A stretch of DNA of 64,000 bases from Nitrosopumilus sp. (lineage in GTDB: Archaea; Thermoproteota; Nitrososphaeria; Nitrososphaerales; Nitrosopumilaceae). The notes below the pieces were generated by a model that ran no database searches, was not told the origin of the DNA, and was given only the letters and a program-made list of their open reading frames with translations. The stretch lies in NCBI GenBank assembly GCA_965206745.1, contig OZ242220.1, forward strand, positions 384,001-448,000, in the 5' to 3' direction. This document shows positions 46,257-56,288 of the stretch, in pieces; the first letter of the stretch is position 1; each line of letters starts with the position of its first letter. A program made the translations under genes and the position numbers.

Positions 46257-46978
46257 ACCATGATATCTCGAGAGCCCAGCCTGTCTGGAACATTATGTAT
46301 CTCAAATGACTCTAAATATTCCAGCTGCTCTGAGATCAGTTTTGAATCGCCAAATGATATCAGAATCCTGTCATCGTGCCTTATCTCATACAGGCTGATG
46401 TTGTTCTGGGCCTTTCCATTTACCAGGACCGTCACGGATCTCTCTGCGTCTGCACAGTATCTCTTCCCAGCCCCCACATCGGGTCTCATCTCTATGCATC
46501 CTGATGTAACCTTTAATCCAAATGACGCAAACAGCATGTCCAGCGGAACCCTGCTTGCATGCTTGTGAATCTGGTATGCGTTGCCATTCTCAAAGTGAAT
46601 GTACTTGCTTTGCAGCTGGAACTGTGGAACCGAGAAATCAAGCGCGTCACCTTCCACAAACACCGCTATTGCAGCATGTGCGTGATCACTGCCCGGCAAT
46701 CCCACTTTATAATGACTTACCATCCTGTCCTCGAGTGTCTCAAATGCGGAGCTGTCCAAAATCCGCGAATCAATCTCACTCTGATTCAGGAAATAATATG
46801 AAAATGCCCCGGCAGCTACCAGGATGAAAACTATTCCAAATATGGCAAGTGATATGTTCTTTGGTCTGGGTTCACCTGCAGGTTCACTGGCACGCTCAAA
46901 ACATGCCAAATCACTCTCCTCCATCCTCCCCGGGAGGCTAAAATCCGAATCCTCAGTAGGCAATGTCTTTTCAGTCAA
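46253..46978 (-). CDS. Conserved thaumarchaeal membrane-anchored protein with His motifs
   Basis: TM helix; DHAHAAI...YIHFE...IHKHA...DRILISFG. Confidence 0.75.
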   Translation of the reverse strand: MTEKTLPTEDSDFSLPGRMEESDLACFERASEPAGEPRPKNISLAIFGIVFILVAAGAFSYYFLNQSEIDSRILDSSAFETLEDRMVSHYKVGLPGSDHAHAAIAVFVEGDALDFSVPQFQLQSKYIHFENGNAYQIHKHASRVPLDMLFASFGLKVTSGCIEMRPDVGAGKRYCADAERSVTVLVNGKAQNNISLYEIRHDDRILISFGDSKLISEQLEYLESFEIHNVPDRLGSRDIMV

Positions 46979-47043
46979 ACACTAGTCATAGTTGCCGTAT
47001 GGTATAAATTCCAATGTCTAAATTATCACCACTTTGCAGTCCC

Positions 47044-48030
47044 CTACCTGTACTCCCCGCCGCAGTCGCCGATAGTCTCAAAGAGATCCTCTGATTTTGC
47101 AGTGACCGAGTCGATCAGCGAGACGTCCTTTTCATCCAGTGTCACAGAAAACACCCTGCCGTTATCCTCCCGGTGCTCTGCAATACCCAGTCTTGCACCT
47201 ACTATCACTCCTGCAACCTGTGGCCTATCCAGTATGTATCGCACTGCGACATTTGCAATGCTGCAACCGTGCTTTTGTGCTATTTCACTTAATGCCTCCA
47301 GCAGTTCCTGGAACAGCTGCCATCCGCCCCATGCATCTATCATGTTTTTGTATTTTTGCAGGCTTGAGGTATCTAGTTGGTCCCTGTGCGGCTCGTCTGC
47401 TCCCAGATATCTCTCTGAGAGCAAACCTCCAAGCAGGGTTCCATAGGATAGGATCTTTATCCCATGCTTGAGAAAGAACGGTACCATCACCTTCTCCGGT
47501 CTCCTGTCCAGTATGGAGTACTGGACCTGGTTTGAGACTATTTTATATCCGTGCTCCCTGATGGTCCTGATCCGCTCTGTATCAAAGTTTGTCAGTCCTA
47601 TATGCTTGATCTTGTTTTCCCTTTGCAGTTTTGACAAATTATTTAACGCATCAAGATAGCCTGCATCATTGTAATCCCACCAGTGAAACTGGAGCAGGTC
47701 TATACAGTTTACATTCATCTTTTGCAGTGACTGCTCGATATGGTGAGTTACAATGCTGTAACTCATGGGGCCTGGACTTGGAACAAACTTTGTCAGTGCC
47801 TCAAACTTTGCATCACCTGCCCTCTCCCTGAACGCTCCAATCATGGACTCTGCAGGACCGTAAATGTCTGCCAGATCCCACGTTGTAAATCCTGCGGCCT
47901 GATACTTCTGCATGTCTGAAACTGCCGACTCGTGCTCAATCTGGCCGTGACCTCCTGCCACCTGCCACATCCCGTTGAGAATCCTACAAATCTCAAGGTC
48001 TCCTGCAAGTACTGTTCTGTCCACTGGCAC
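47044..48030 (-). CDS. Aldo/keto reductase
   Basis: GMWQ, DLADIYG, DLLQFHWW, NQVQYS; start reassigned to GTG 48030. Confidence 0.9.
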   Translation of the reverse strand: MPVDRTVLAGDLEICRILNGMWQVAGGHGQIEHESAVSDMQKYQAAGFTTWDLADIYGPAESMIGAFRERAGDAKFEALTKFVPSPGPMSYSIVTHHIEQSLQKMNVNCIDLLQFHWWDYNDAGYLDALNNLSKLQRENKIKHIGLTNFDTERIRTIREHGYKIVSNQVQYSILDRRPEKVMVPFFLKHGIKILSYGTLLGGLLSERYLGADEPHRDQLDTSSLQKYKNMIDAWGGWQLFQELLEALSEIAQKHGCSIANVAVRYILDRPQVAGVIVGARLGIAEHREDNGRVFSVTLDEKDVSLIDSVTAKSEDLFETIGDCGGEYR

Positions 48031-48109
48031 AGTTATGACTGATCTCCCCTTTGGGATATAGTTTACTAGAATCATATTGAGCGGGTCATTTGATGGATGC
48101 AGAGTAATC

Positions 48110-48667
48110 TTGAATCTGGTGAAAAGTGCCGAGCTGTTTGCAAAGGACAGACATGCAGGACAGTTGAGGGCTGATGAGGCCACCTACTCCAAGCATCTGG
48201 AGGATGTCGTAAGCAGACTCAAGAGCTTGGGTGTCATTGACGAGCAGATACTCTGCGCCGGATGGCTCCATGATACAATTGAGAACACTGGTACTACCTT
48301 TGATGATGTGTATGAGCAGTTTGAAAGTGAGATCGCAGTACTTGTCTCATCAATATCCCAGGACATGTCGCTGACCAGAAAGAAGAGGGAGCAGGCATAT
48401 ACTGTCCAGCTCAGGGAGGCCTCGTTTGGTGCAAAGCTGATAAAGCTGTGTGACATCTCTGCAAACCTGGGGGAACTGAAAAACTATGACGCATCAAGAT
48501 CAAGAAAGATGCGTCTGGTAAGGCGGCAAAGGCACTATCTTGGTATCATCAAGGATGACATCATCGGGAACCTGCACTATCCCCACGTGCAGTATCTGAT
48601 GGAGAGTGCAAATGTAATCTTTAAAAAGTTCCGCCAGCGACCAGTATCGATGCGGCCAAAGCAATAG
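48110..48667 (+). CDS. HD-domain (p)ppGpp hydrolase-like protein (Mesh1/SAH type)
   Basis: HAGQLR...YSKH...LHDTIE...IKLCD; TTG start at 48110. Confidence 0.85.
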   Translation: MNLVKSAELFAKDRHAGQLRADEATYSKHLEDVVSRLKSLGVIDEQILCAGWLHDTIENTGTTFDDVYEQFESEIAVLVSSISQDMSLTRKKREQAYTVQLREASFGAKLIKLCDISANLGELKNYDASRSRKMRLVRRQRHYLGIIKDDIIGNLHYPHVQYLMESANVIFKKFRQRPVSMRPKQ

Positions 48668-48708
48668 TCTATACAAAATCTTAAATCCACATACCCTATA
48701 CAACACAC

Positions 48709-49107
48709 ATGGCAGAAAACCATGACATACTCGACCAGATAAGCGGCAGGTATTTTGCAGAACTGGAGCATGCAGTCCCGTACATGCAGCAGTCCCTCTT
48801 TGATTTACAAAACGAGTACTACAAGATATGGAAGAATGCAACAACTGCAAATACGACACTGTACAAGGAATTTCTGCGCAGTTTGGGATGCGAGTTCCCA
48901 GAGGCCGCAAAGGATGCCATGAAAAGCATGGGTGAGGAGACGCTGAAACTTTGCGCAATGTACAGCAAGCTTGCAATATCAAACATCGAGACTGCAAAAG
49001 ATGCGGCAAAGAGATACAATGAGAACGCAGGTGCGTTTGTGGAACTGAATCGACAAATCACCGGCTATTGGCCTGATGCATTCCTCCCCCAAAAGCAGGC
49101 AGCCTGA
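48709..49107 (+). CDS. Helical hypothetical protein (phasin-like composition)
   Basis: All-helical amphipathic pattern; PYMQQSLFDLQNEY. Confidence 0.6.
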   Translation: MAENHDILDQISGRYFAELEHAVPYMQQSLFDLQNEYYKIWKNATTANTTLYKEFLRSLGCEFPEAAKDAMKSMGEETLKLCAMYSKLAISNIETAKDAAKRYNENAGAFVELNRQITGYWPDAFLPQKQAA

Positions 49108-49168
49108 CTATACCAGTAACTCCCATCACAGAAATATCTAAATCACAATCATTTGAGAACTATGTATC

Positions 49169-50452
49169 TTGGAACTGCCACGCGGAATGAAGGACTTTGA
49201 GGGCAAGGAGAATGCCAACATAGAGCACATAAGGTCCCATTTTAGGAGACTGTCCCACCTGTACGGGTTTTCATTTATGGATCCCTCTCCAATTGAGCTG
49301 TTATCCACCCTTGAGACAAAGTCCGGTCCTGGAATCAGGGATGAAATTTACTATTTCCGGGACAAGGGGGACAGGGAGGTGGCACTGCGTTTTGACTTTA
49401 CCATGGGCCTCACAAGGTATGCCGCATCCCAAAAGTCGATGAGGCTGCCAGCCAAGATCTCGGCATTTGGCGGGGTGTTTCGATATGACGAGCCACAGAA
49501 GGGAAGATACAGGTACTTTCACCAGTGGGATGTCGAGATTTACGGCAGGGCCAGTCTGGAGTCTGAAGCAGAGATAATAGAGGTCACATCCAGGCTGTTT
49601 GATTCGTTACTACTCAAGGATATTACAATTGACATCAACCACAGAAACCTTGTAGAGTCATACATCAACAAGGTGTTTAGTTCAAGGGAGCCAGAACTGG
49701 TTGCAGACATTCTGCGGGCAGTCGACAAGGTCGCAAAAAAATCTGAAGAGCAGATCCTAGAAGAGTTTGAGAAAAAGGGATACTCTGCTGAAAAACTCAA
49801 AAAAATCCTAGAGTTTGCAAAAACCAAGGGAACCATACTGCAGGTGGAGGAAGCATTTGACACGGCACAGCTGGAATCATGGGATGAGCTCAAGCAGCTC
49901 TTTGACTCACTTGAGAATCGGGGCGTCTCAAACATCAGGATCAACTTTGGAATCGTACGCGGACTGGACTATTATTCTGGAATCGTCTTTGAGGTGTTTG
50001 ACAAAAACTCCACACTTGGTGCACTGGCTGGTGGAGGACGATACGACACGCTGACTAGGGCATTTAACAGGGAAGACATTGGTGCGACAGGGGTTGCAGG
50101 AGGGGTTGAGAGAATCATCCTGACGATGCAGGAGCAAGGAATAATCCCCGATGCAAAACAGGACAGGGTCGCAGTACTATACATCAATGACTCTATGCAA
50201 AAAGTCGCCCACTCTATCACATCACTGCTCCGTCTAAACGGCATTGCAGCTGACATTGATCTTGCAGGACGCAGCATCCGGAAGCAGATGGATATTGCAA
50301 CCGGTGCAAAACTTGCAATCATAGTCGGACCCCAGGAGCTGGAGAACGGGGATGTCGTTCTCAAGGACATGACAAGCGGAACAGAAGGGACGATATCTTT
50401 GGAGGAACTCACAGAGAATCCGAGGTCAGTTCTTAGTTTAGAAAGGCCCTAG
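49169..50452 (+). CDS. hisS: Histidine--tRNA ligase
   Basis: PRGMKDF, LRFDFT, RYDEPQKGRYR, RGLDYY, GGGRYD. Confidence 0.97.
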   Translation: MELPRGMKDFEGKENANIEHIRSHFRRLSHLYGFSFMDPSPIELLSTLETKSGPGIRDEIYYFRDKGDREVALRFDFTMGLTRYAASQKSMRLPAKISAFGGVFRYDEPQKGRYRYFHQWDVEIYGRASLESEAEIIEVTSRLFDSLLLKDITIDINHRNLVESYINKVFSSREPELVADILRAVDKVAKKSEEQILEEFEKKGYSAEKLKKILEFAKTKGTILQVEEAFDTAQLESWDELKQLFDSLENRGVSNIRINFGIVRGLDYYSGIVFEVFDKNSTLGALAGGGRYDTLTRAFNREDIGATGVAGGVERIILTMQEQGIIPDAKQDRVAVLYINDSMQKVAHSITSLLRLNGIAADIDLAGRSIRKQMDIATGAKLAIIVGPQELENGDVVLKDMTSGTEGTISLEELTENPRSVLSLERP

Positions 50453-51098
50453 TAAGCATCATGATCTCAGGGCCGCTAGTCAGGGAGCCTACGACCATGC
50501 AGTGGTTGTTGACCAAAATTCCTGATGAGACATACGGGATGCCGTTGTTTATCGAGCTCTGCTCAATCCTTACGCCTAGGACGTTGGCTATGGTCTTCAT
50601 GTCTTCCTCGTCTGCTTCGGGATGGATTGCAGCCCCCGAGTCGTTTGCAACTAGTACCACCCCTGTCTGGTTGAACCCTGCAATCCTTTTCTGAATCACC
50701 TCGACTCCCAGCACGTCTGATATGGTATTACAGTCATTCTTTGAGAGCCATGGGGATACAACTGCCCCCTTGTCATTGGCACAGATTACGTTTCCAAGCG
50801 CGTTGAACTTTGTATCCAGTACCCCGACCTCCAGATCTGTTTCTACCTTTAGATAGTCGTACTCATTTTGGTATGCCGTATTTGGCAGCAGCACCCCCTT
50901 GTTGTTCATAACTGAGAGTGCGCCAATCAGTCTGGTATTTGCAATTGCAGTGTGATGAATTGTAATGTCTAGATATTTTGCAAGCTTGTCAGCTTTTGTC
51001 TGGGCAAATCCCATCGGAACCAGTCCTATATTGTCATTGACTGTAATGTACACCCCGAGGTTTGGTCCCTTGTACACGTCATACTTGATAATATCCAT
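50433..51098 (-). CDS. eif6: Translation initiation factor aIF6
   Basis: Pentein repeats (NNKGVL, NDKGAVV, NDSGAAIHP), GSLTSGPE. Confidence 0.95.
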   Translation of the reverse strand: MDIIKYDVYKGPNLGVYITVNDNIGLVPMGFAQTKADKLAKYLDITIHHTAIANTRLIGALSVMNNKGVLLPNTAYQNEYDYLKVETDLEVGVLDTKFNALGNVICANDKGAVVSPWLSKNDCNTISDVLGVEVIQKRIAGFNQTGVVLVANDSGAAIHPEADEEDMKTIANVLGVRIEQSSINNGIPYVSSGILVNNHCMVVGSLTSGPEIMMLTRAFLN

Positions 51099-51208
51099 AT
51101 CCGAAGAGTTGTTCCTTGATCGTTATGAACGTAGGGAAATCCTCCCTTCCTGTCTGATCGGCATTATCCTGTATACCCATACACAGGTTATCTAGCTTTA
51201 AATAATAA

Positions 51209-51736
<528 letters not shown>

Positions 51737-51840
51737 TCTCATCTCAGGCCTGAAATCTTTGATTTTTATATCCTCTTTTTTGAATTTAGTCCCAACTAAT
51801 TTTGTCTAGATTTAAATAATATTCCCAAGGTAATTAGGTC

Positions 51841-52389
51841 ATGGCAGATCTACAAATACCTGAAGACTTTTGTCACAACGATGTAAAACCAAAGGGAAAG
51901 ACCAGCCATGCAGATGGTGAAAATTTCCACTATATCTGGGGTGACGGAAGGACAGACGGTGCAGCATTCTCAAACGATGATGTAAAGGCAGCCTATGAAG
52001 CAAGAGGAGAGAAACAGGTTCCTCTGGGAATTCATGGTACTACCGTTGCAGTCGATTGGGATTCATGTGTTGCAGCTGGTTCATGCATGAGTGTATGTCC
52101 AGTTCAGACATTCCAATGGTTCAGAACAGAAAAGGACATCCCTGCTGAAAAATGCTTGGGGGAGACCTTTGAGGGAACTGGCCTGACAGAACAAGATGAA
52201 AGATTAGATTATACAGACAAATCACAGCCAATCAGAGAACACGATTGCACAGTTTGTATGGCTTGTCAAGAAATCTGTCCTGAAGGGGCTATTCTAATCG
52301 AATCAGCCAACCAGGAATGGCACGAAAAGGCAGCTGGAACATATGTACTTATGAAATCCGGTTCTGAGAATCCGCACGCACACGATTAA
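51841..52389 (+). CDS. Dicluster ferredoxin paralog
   Basis: CVAAGSCMSVCP and CTVCMACQEICP. Confidence 0.92.
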   Translation: MADLQIPEDFCHNDVKPKGKTSHADGENFHYIWGDGRTDGAAFSNDDVKAAYEARGEKQVPLGIHGTTVAVDWDSCVAAGSCMSVCPVQTFQWFRTEKDIPAEKCLGETFEGTGLTEQDERLDYTDKSQPIREHDCTVCMACQEICPEGAILIESANQEWHEKAAGTYVLMKSGSENPHAHD

Positions 52390-52464
52390 AAAGAAATCTT
52401 TTCTTTTTTCCTATTTTTCTATTTTATATCAACAAATTTTAACCGCTATAATGCAAGATTCTTT

Positions 52465-52548
52465 GCAGAGGTCGCCTAGCTCGGTAGGGCGCGGGCCTTG
52501 AGAGCCTGTGTGCGCAAGCATACGGGGGTTCAAATCCCTCTCTCTGCG
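52465..52548 (+). tRNA. tRNA-Ser(TGA)
   Basis: GCAGAGG/TCTCTGC acceptor, CGGGC-CT-TGA-GA-GCCTG anticodon arm, long variable arm, G discriminator. Confidence 0.95.
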
Positions 52549-52550
52549 TT

Positions 52551-53501
52551 TTAACTTTTTATCCTTGCCATCTCTGCCAGCATTGCGGATAGCTGGATCT
52601 CAGAGTTTGCCCCAACTAGGATCCTGTAATCGTACTTTGCAATTATCTCCAGAATTTCTGACAGTCTGGCATGTTTTGATTTGAAGACTGCCGCATTGAT
52701 GTATTTTAAAAAGTCTGATTCGGACATTCCATAAACCTTGACTAGCTCTATCATCTTCTCCCTTGCATCTGCAACATTTCCTGCAAGTGCAATCTTTAGA
52801 ACCTCGTCAACATCGCTTGTCTTTGTCAGTCCTGCAGACGATCTTACGTTCTCCTCAGTTATTCCGCCGAGACTTGCAGTTGCCTGCATGATGTTGATGG
52901 CATGCCTCAGGTCGCCTTCGGAATAGTCATAAACTGCCTTGAGGCCCTTTTTGTCAGTCTTTACCTTCTCCTTCTTGGCAATCTCCTCTAGCCTGCCAAT
53001 GATGTCCTGCTCAGAAACCCTGGTAAACTTGAAGGTGGCGCACCTGCTCTGAATCGGGTCTATGATCTTTGAGATGTTGTTGGCTATGAAGATGAACCTG
53101 CAGAACTTTGCAGTGTCCTCTATGATTCGCCTCAGTGCCGTCTGTGCGTCATTGGTCATCTCGTCTGCCTCATCGAGTATTATGATTTTAAATGGCACCT
53201 CTGCCATGCCTGCAAACCTTGAGAATTTTTTTACCTTCTCCCTGACCATTCCTATCCCCCTCTCATCTGATGCGTTTAGTTCCAGGGTATAGTCCCTGGC
53301 ATGCTCTCCGAGAATCTGCCTTGCAATGCACAGTGCGGTGGTCGTCTTTCCGACTCCTGCAGAACCTGAGAACATCAGGTGCGGCATGTCTGTCGGGTCC
53401 TTGATTAATGCCTCAAGGCTGCCGATAATTTCTGTCTGATTTACGATATCTGAAAGCTTTACCGGTCGATACTTTTCCACCCACATTCCGGTCTCAATCA
53501 T
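52551..53501 (-). CDS. rfcS: Replication factor C small subunit
   Basis: WVEKYRP, GVGKTT, ELNASDERGI, DEAD, SRC; start MIETG at 53501. Confidence 0.97.
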   Translation of the reverse strand: MIETGMWVEKYRPVKLSDIVNQTEIIGSLEALIKDPTDMPHLMFSGSAGVGKTTTALCIARQILGEHARDYTLELNASDERGIGMVREKVKKFSRFAGMAEVPFKIIILDEADEMTNDAQTALRRIIEDTAKFCRFIFIANNISKIIDPIQSRCATFKFTRVSEQDIIGRLEEIAKKEKVKTDKKGLKAVYDYSEGDLRHAINIMQATASLGGITEENVRSSAGLTKTSDVDEVLKIALAGNVADAREKMIELVKVYGMSESDFLKYINAAVFKSKHARLSEILEIIAKYDYRILVGANSEIQLSAMLAEMARIKS

Positions 53502-53591
53502 GTGAATCTGATGCCAAATCCCACTAATAAATCCGAATTGGTTACTACAAAATACCCTATTATTATAATCAAATTCTGTCCTATTTGATGC

Positions 53592-53688
53592 GATCAGCCT
53601 CAAATTAATTTAGATCAATTGATCTAGCTAAATTGTGAATTGAATTGATCGATCCGATACATGAGGATCTAAAACATAAAAAGTGATC
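53592..53688. promoter_or_regulatory. GATC-dense divergent promoter region with a 16-bp palindrome
   Basis: Seven GATC in 97 bp; TAGATCAATTGATCTA at 53611-53626. Confidence 0.6.
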
Positions 53689-53692
53689 TCAA

Positions 53693-54220
53693 ATGGAAAT
53701 AGACAAAGTAGAAAGAGTACATTCAATCGGATATAGGCTAAAGGATGCCAAGGTTACAATTAATCGTGATTTCAAGTATAACGTTGCAGGCATAAAGATT
53801 GAGGGCACGCAGGGGGACACCAACAACATGCCGCAGTGGATAGGAAAGATCCTCTCTGATGGTGAGGTAGGCTTGCTTAATTCCCCTGACATGATAACCC
53901 ATCTAAAGCAGGCACTCTCAAAGGAGAAGATGGTCGGAGAGTACCAGATCTCCACGCTTGATCCCCACTTTTACATCAAGCTAAAAGAGTCGATGAGGGA
54001 GCTTGACCGTGATGACTTTGACAAAGTTGAAAGCATGATGCTTGAGCTGTTCAGGATGAGGAGGGGCAAGCTGGTAAAGACTGCAGACACTATGAAACTA
54101 AACTCGGAACTATACAGCAAACTGACAGTTGAGGAGAGCATCTTTTACAAGACAATTAGTGACAACAGTGTCGAGTTTGAAAAACAGATAAGGGGAGAAC
54201 AAAGACGTGGCTCAAGCTAG
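53693..54220 (+). CDS. GINS complex subunit (Gins23-type)
   Basis: MPQWIG B-domain, LDPHFY, RRGKLV, LTVEE; directly upstream of MCM. Confidence 0.88.
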   Translation: MEIDKVERVHSIGYRLKDAKVTINRDFKYNVAGIKIEGTQGDTNNMPQWIGKILSDGEVGLLNSPDMITHLKQALSKEKMVGEYQISTLDPHFYIKLKESMRELDRDDFDKVESMMLELFRMRRGKLVKTADTMKLNSELYSKLTVEESIFYKTISDNSVEFEKQIRGEQRRGSS

Positions 54221-56288
54221 CACGTTTACAGACTCTGCCTTGTCTGACAAGGTAAAGGAGTTTCTGACCAGATTCAAGGACAGGGGTGGCAACTACAAGT
54301 ATGTAGATGCAATCGACGAGATGATGGCAAAGAATGCAAAGTACATCATTGTAAATTACAACGACTTGGTGGTGGAGCCGCAGATTGAGGTAATATTTAC
54401 CACGGATCCTGACAGGCTCTTTGATGCGTTTTCAAGGGCAATCAAGGAGGCACTGCAGACAAGGTTTCCCGAGTATGCAGAAAAGATCAAAGACGAAGTC
54501 CGTGTCAGGCTGATTAACTTCCCACTAGAGCGCAGCCTGAGGCAGATCAACGCTGAGACCATTGGGCATATCACAAGTGTCTCTGGAATGGTGGTCCGGG
54601 CATCAGAGGTAAAGCCGCTTGCAAAGGAGCTAGTCTTTGTATGTCCTGATGAGCACCAGACCAAACTGGTCCAGATAAAGGGAATGGATGTCAAGATGCC
54701 CCTGGTCTGTAACAATCCAAGCTGCAAGCACAGGGACTTTGAGCTAAAGCCTGAGGCAAGCAAGTTTATTGATTTTCAGATGTTGAGACTACAGGAGCTT
54801 CCAGAGGACCTGCCTCCGGGACAACTCCCCCACTATATCGATGTCACAATCAGGCAGGATCTGGTGGATAATTCAAGACCTGGGGACAGAATCATCCTCA
54901 CAGGCGTGGTCCGGGTCGAGCAGGAGTCAGTTGCAGGGGTTCCAAGGGGGAACAGCGGACTGTACCGGTTGAGAATAGAGGGAAACAACATCGAGTTTCT
55001 CAGCGGACGGGGTTCAAAGACTGACAGAAAGATCGGCAGGGAGGAAGTCTCACCTGAGGAAGAAAAGATGATCAAATCACTGAATCAGAGCTCCGATGTC
55101 TATCAGAGACTCATTGACTCGTTTGCCCCCCACATCCAAGGCCAGTCCCTGATAAAGGAGGCCATCCTGCTGCTTATTGTCGGTTCCAACCAGAGACAGC
55201 TTGGCGATGGAAGCAAGATCCGAGGCGACATCAACGTGTTCCTGGTTGGAGATCCCGGTACTGCAAAGTCTGAGATGCTAAAGTTCTGTGCAAGAATTGC
55301 GCCAAGGGGACTGTACACCTCTGGCAGGGGTTCTACTGCTGCAGGCCTTACAGCTGCTGTAGTCAGGGACAAGACAGGAATCATGATGCTCGAAGCTGGT
55401 GCCGTCGTACTAGGTGATCAGGGACTTGTAAGCATAGACGAATTTGACAAGATGAAACCCGAAGACAGAAGTGCACTGCACGAGGTCATGGAACAACAGT
55501 CTGCAAGTATTGCAAAGGGCGGCATTGTGGCAACGCTCAATGCGCGAACATCCATACTGGCTGCAGCAAACCCTATGTATGGAAAATATGATCCGTTCAA
55601 AAACATTACAGAAAACGTCAACCTGCCAATTCCGCTGCTCACAAGGTTTGACCTGATCTTTGTAGTCAGGGACATTCCCACCAAGGAGAAGGACATGATG
55701 ATTGCAAAGCACATCATCCGCAGAAACACCACCAAGGGTATCGACAAGAAATCTACTGTAGAGGTTGACCTGCTGACAAAGTATCTCTCATACGCAAAAC
55801 GTGGCGAGCCAGAACTGACACCAGAGGCTGAGAAAAAAATTCTTGATTACTATATGCAGATGAGAAACGTCGAATCCGAGGAGATGATCACAGTAACTCC
55901 AAGGCAGCTGGAGGGAATCATCAGGCTCTCGACTGCAAGGGCAAGGCTGCTCATGAAGGACAGGGTCGAGGAGGAGGATGCAGAGCGTGCAATATTCCTG
56001 ATTCAGAGCATGCTTCAGGATGCCGGGGTGGATGTCAACACCGGAAAGGTCGATCTCGGCGTACTGCAGGGAAAGCCGCGAAGCGAGGTCTCAAAGATGC
56101 AGCTGTTCATGGATGTCCTGAGGAGTCTTGAGGGTGACAACAAGATTCCAGTAGAGGAGAGGATATTTGTCAAGGAACTAGAAAAGAGTGAGAAATTCAC
56201 AGAGGAGGAGGCAAGAAACTTTATCAGGAGGATGCTCAGGGAAGCATCTATTTATGAATCAAAACCCGGTCACTATAACCGAGTATGA
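54207..56288 (+). CDS. mcm: Replicative helicase MCM
   Basis: GDPGTAKS, IDEFDKM, AAANP, TRFD; no intein. Confidence 0.98.
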   Translation: MAQASTFTDSALSDKVKEFLTRFKDRGGNYKYVDAIDEMMAKNAKYIIVNYNDLVVEPQIEVIFTTDPDRLFDAFSRAIKEALQTRFPEYAEKIKDEVRVRLINFPLERSLRQINAETIGHITSVSGMVVRASEVKPLAKELVFVCPDEHQTKLVQIKGMDVKMPLVCNNPSCKHRDFELKPEASKFIDFQMLRLQELPEDLPPGQLPHYIDVTIRQDLVDNSRPGDRIILTGVVRVEQESVAGVPRGNSGLYRLRIEGNNIEFLSGRGSKTDRKIGREEVSPEEEKMIKSLNQSSDVYQRLIDSFAPHIQGQSLIKEAILLLIVGSNQRQLGDGSKIRGDINVFLVGDPGTAKSEMLKFCARIAPRGLYTSGRGSTAAGLTAAVVRDKTGIMMLEAGAVVLGDQGLVSIDEFDKMKPEDRSALHEVMEQQSASIAKGGIVATLNARTSILAAANPMYGKYDPFKNITENVNLPIPLLTRFDLIFVVRDIPTKEKDMMIAKHIIRRNTTKGIDKKSTVEVDLLTKYLSYAKRGEPELTPEAEKKILDYYMQMRNVESEEMITVTPRQLEGIIRLSTARARLLMKDRVEEEDAERAIFLIQSMLQDAGVDVNTGKVDLGVLQGKPRSEVSKMQLFMDVLRSLEGDNKIPVEERIFVKELEKSEKFTEEEARNFIRRMLREASIYESKPGHYNRV

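Noticed and set aside
53502-53692. Calling this region oriC
   Set aside because: No ORB boxes with G-string and no adjacent orc1/cdc6; only the GATC cluster is supported.
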